A stretch of DNA of 64,000 bases, taken from contig CAXXIN010000007.1 of assembly GCA_963665275.2 (NCBI GenBank), forward strand, positions 288,001-352,000, written 5' to 3'. A model generated the notes under the pieces. It made no database searches. It was given only the letters and a program-made list of their open reading frames with translations, and was not told the DNA's origin. The DNA comes from Negativicutes bacterium (GTDB lineage Bacteria; Bacillota; Negativicutes; UBA1444). The position numbers were made by a program, and so were the translations under genes. Position 1 is the stretch's first letter; the number at the start of each line of letters is the position of its first letter. Of the stretch, positions 63,145 through 64,000 are shown in pieces.

Positions 63145-64000
63145 ATGTGGAACGATGTTGAAACAACCCAAGATTTTCTTAACTTTTCCGTAATTGCAAA
63201 AACCGTTGCGGAACTGATTGCTGAGTCAGGCGGGCAACCTGTCTCCATTGGTGTTTCTGGCAGTTGGGGAGCAGGAAAATCGTCTATGGTAAAAATGATA
63301 GGCAATGCTCTTAAACTCCAAGATGATGGAAAGGATGACAAAGAAAAATGCTATGTTTTTTTGGAGTTTAACGCTTGGCTTTATCAAGGATACGATGATG
63401 CCAGAGCAGCCTTATTACAGGCTGTTTCAGATAAACTACTTGAAGAAAGTAAAAAACGTGATCCGGCAAAGGGAATAACGAAAAAGGTGGAAGGTTTCAT
63501 TCAGCGCGTCAATTGGTTTCAAGTTGCCAGAATGGCTGTTCCACTGTCCTTAGGGCTGATTCCAGGCGGCGCTGCTGTCGGAGGAATGGCATCCCTAATA
63601 GGTGCTGTTTCCAGCCTTTTTCAAAATGATGATATAGAAGCGCAAACTGCAAAAAGCGAAGCGGTCGGTATAGCATTTAATGCTCTAACCCCGGAAACGA
63701 AAGAACTACTCAAAGAAAATGCGTCAAAATCTACCCCTCAGCAGATAGAGAAGCTCAGAGCTGATTTTGCTGAACTTCTTAAAGAGTTGAACATTACACT
63801 GGTCGTCTTAGTGGATGACTTAGACCGTTGCTTGCCGTCAACGGCAGTTTCTACTCTTGAAGCAATGCGACTTCTGCTCTTTGTGGAGAGAACAGCATTC
63901 ATTATTGCCGCCGATGAGCAAATGATTCGTAACAGTGTAAAGGCACACTTTGCAGATGTGGAACTGTCCGAAGGGCTTGTAACAAGTTATTTTGATAAGT
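63145..64000 (+). CDS. qatA: KAP family P-loop NTPase, QatA-like (partial, runs off the window)
   Basis: MWNDVETTQDFLNF, GSWGAGKSS, EFNAWLYQGYDDARAALL, LVDDLDRC; absent from ORF track because there is no stop. Confidence 0.8.
   Translation, partial: MWNDVETTQDFLNFSVIAKTVAELIAESGGQPVSIGVSGSWGAGKSSMVKMIGNALKLQDDGKDDKEKCYVFLEFNAWLYQGYDDARAALLQAVSDKLLEESKKRDPAKGITKKVEGFIQRVNWFQVARMAVPLSLGLIPGGAAVGGMASLIGAVSSLFQNDDIEAQTAKSEAVGIAFNALTPETKELLKENASKSTPQQIEKLRADFAELLKELNITLVVLVDDLDRCLPSTAVSTLEAMRLLLFVERTAFIIAADEQMIRNSVKAHFADVELSEGLVTSYFDK

Overview
64 kb of chromosome from an anaerobic Firmicute, probably Negativicutes/Sporomusaceae-like (inferred from gene content only). Core content: rph-rdgB-phosphoesterase-malic enzyme, six tRNA genes, gap-pgk-tpiA-gpmI-eno-secG, two pyrophosphatases, est-rnr-smpB-ssrA and several small catabolic operons. 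Mobile content: an IS200/IS605 element; an IS21 element with 4-bp target duplication; an IS110 element whose ends, circle-junction promoter and bridge-RNA guide segments can be read from the sequence; a 12.0 kb element integrated in tRNA-Val; and the start of a QatA-like defence gene behind tmRNA. The best candidate for a new system is the tRNA-Val element. It has the size and replication/integration genes of a phage satellite, and I see no capsid, portal, terminase or lysis gene, yet it carries an intact tape-measure gene plus the adjacent Dit-like/baseplate gene. That suggests a tail-remodelling satellite. Several conserved genes (pgk, hppA, ppaC, lutC-like) carry indels that are probably sequencing errors. 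All protein calls are by-eye motif recognition; no database search was run.
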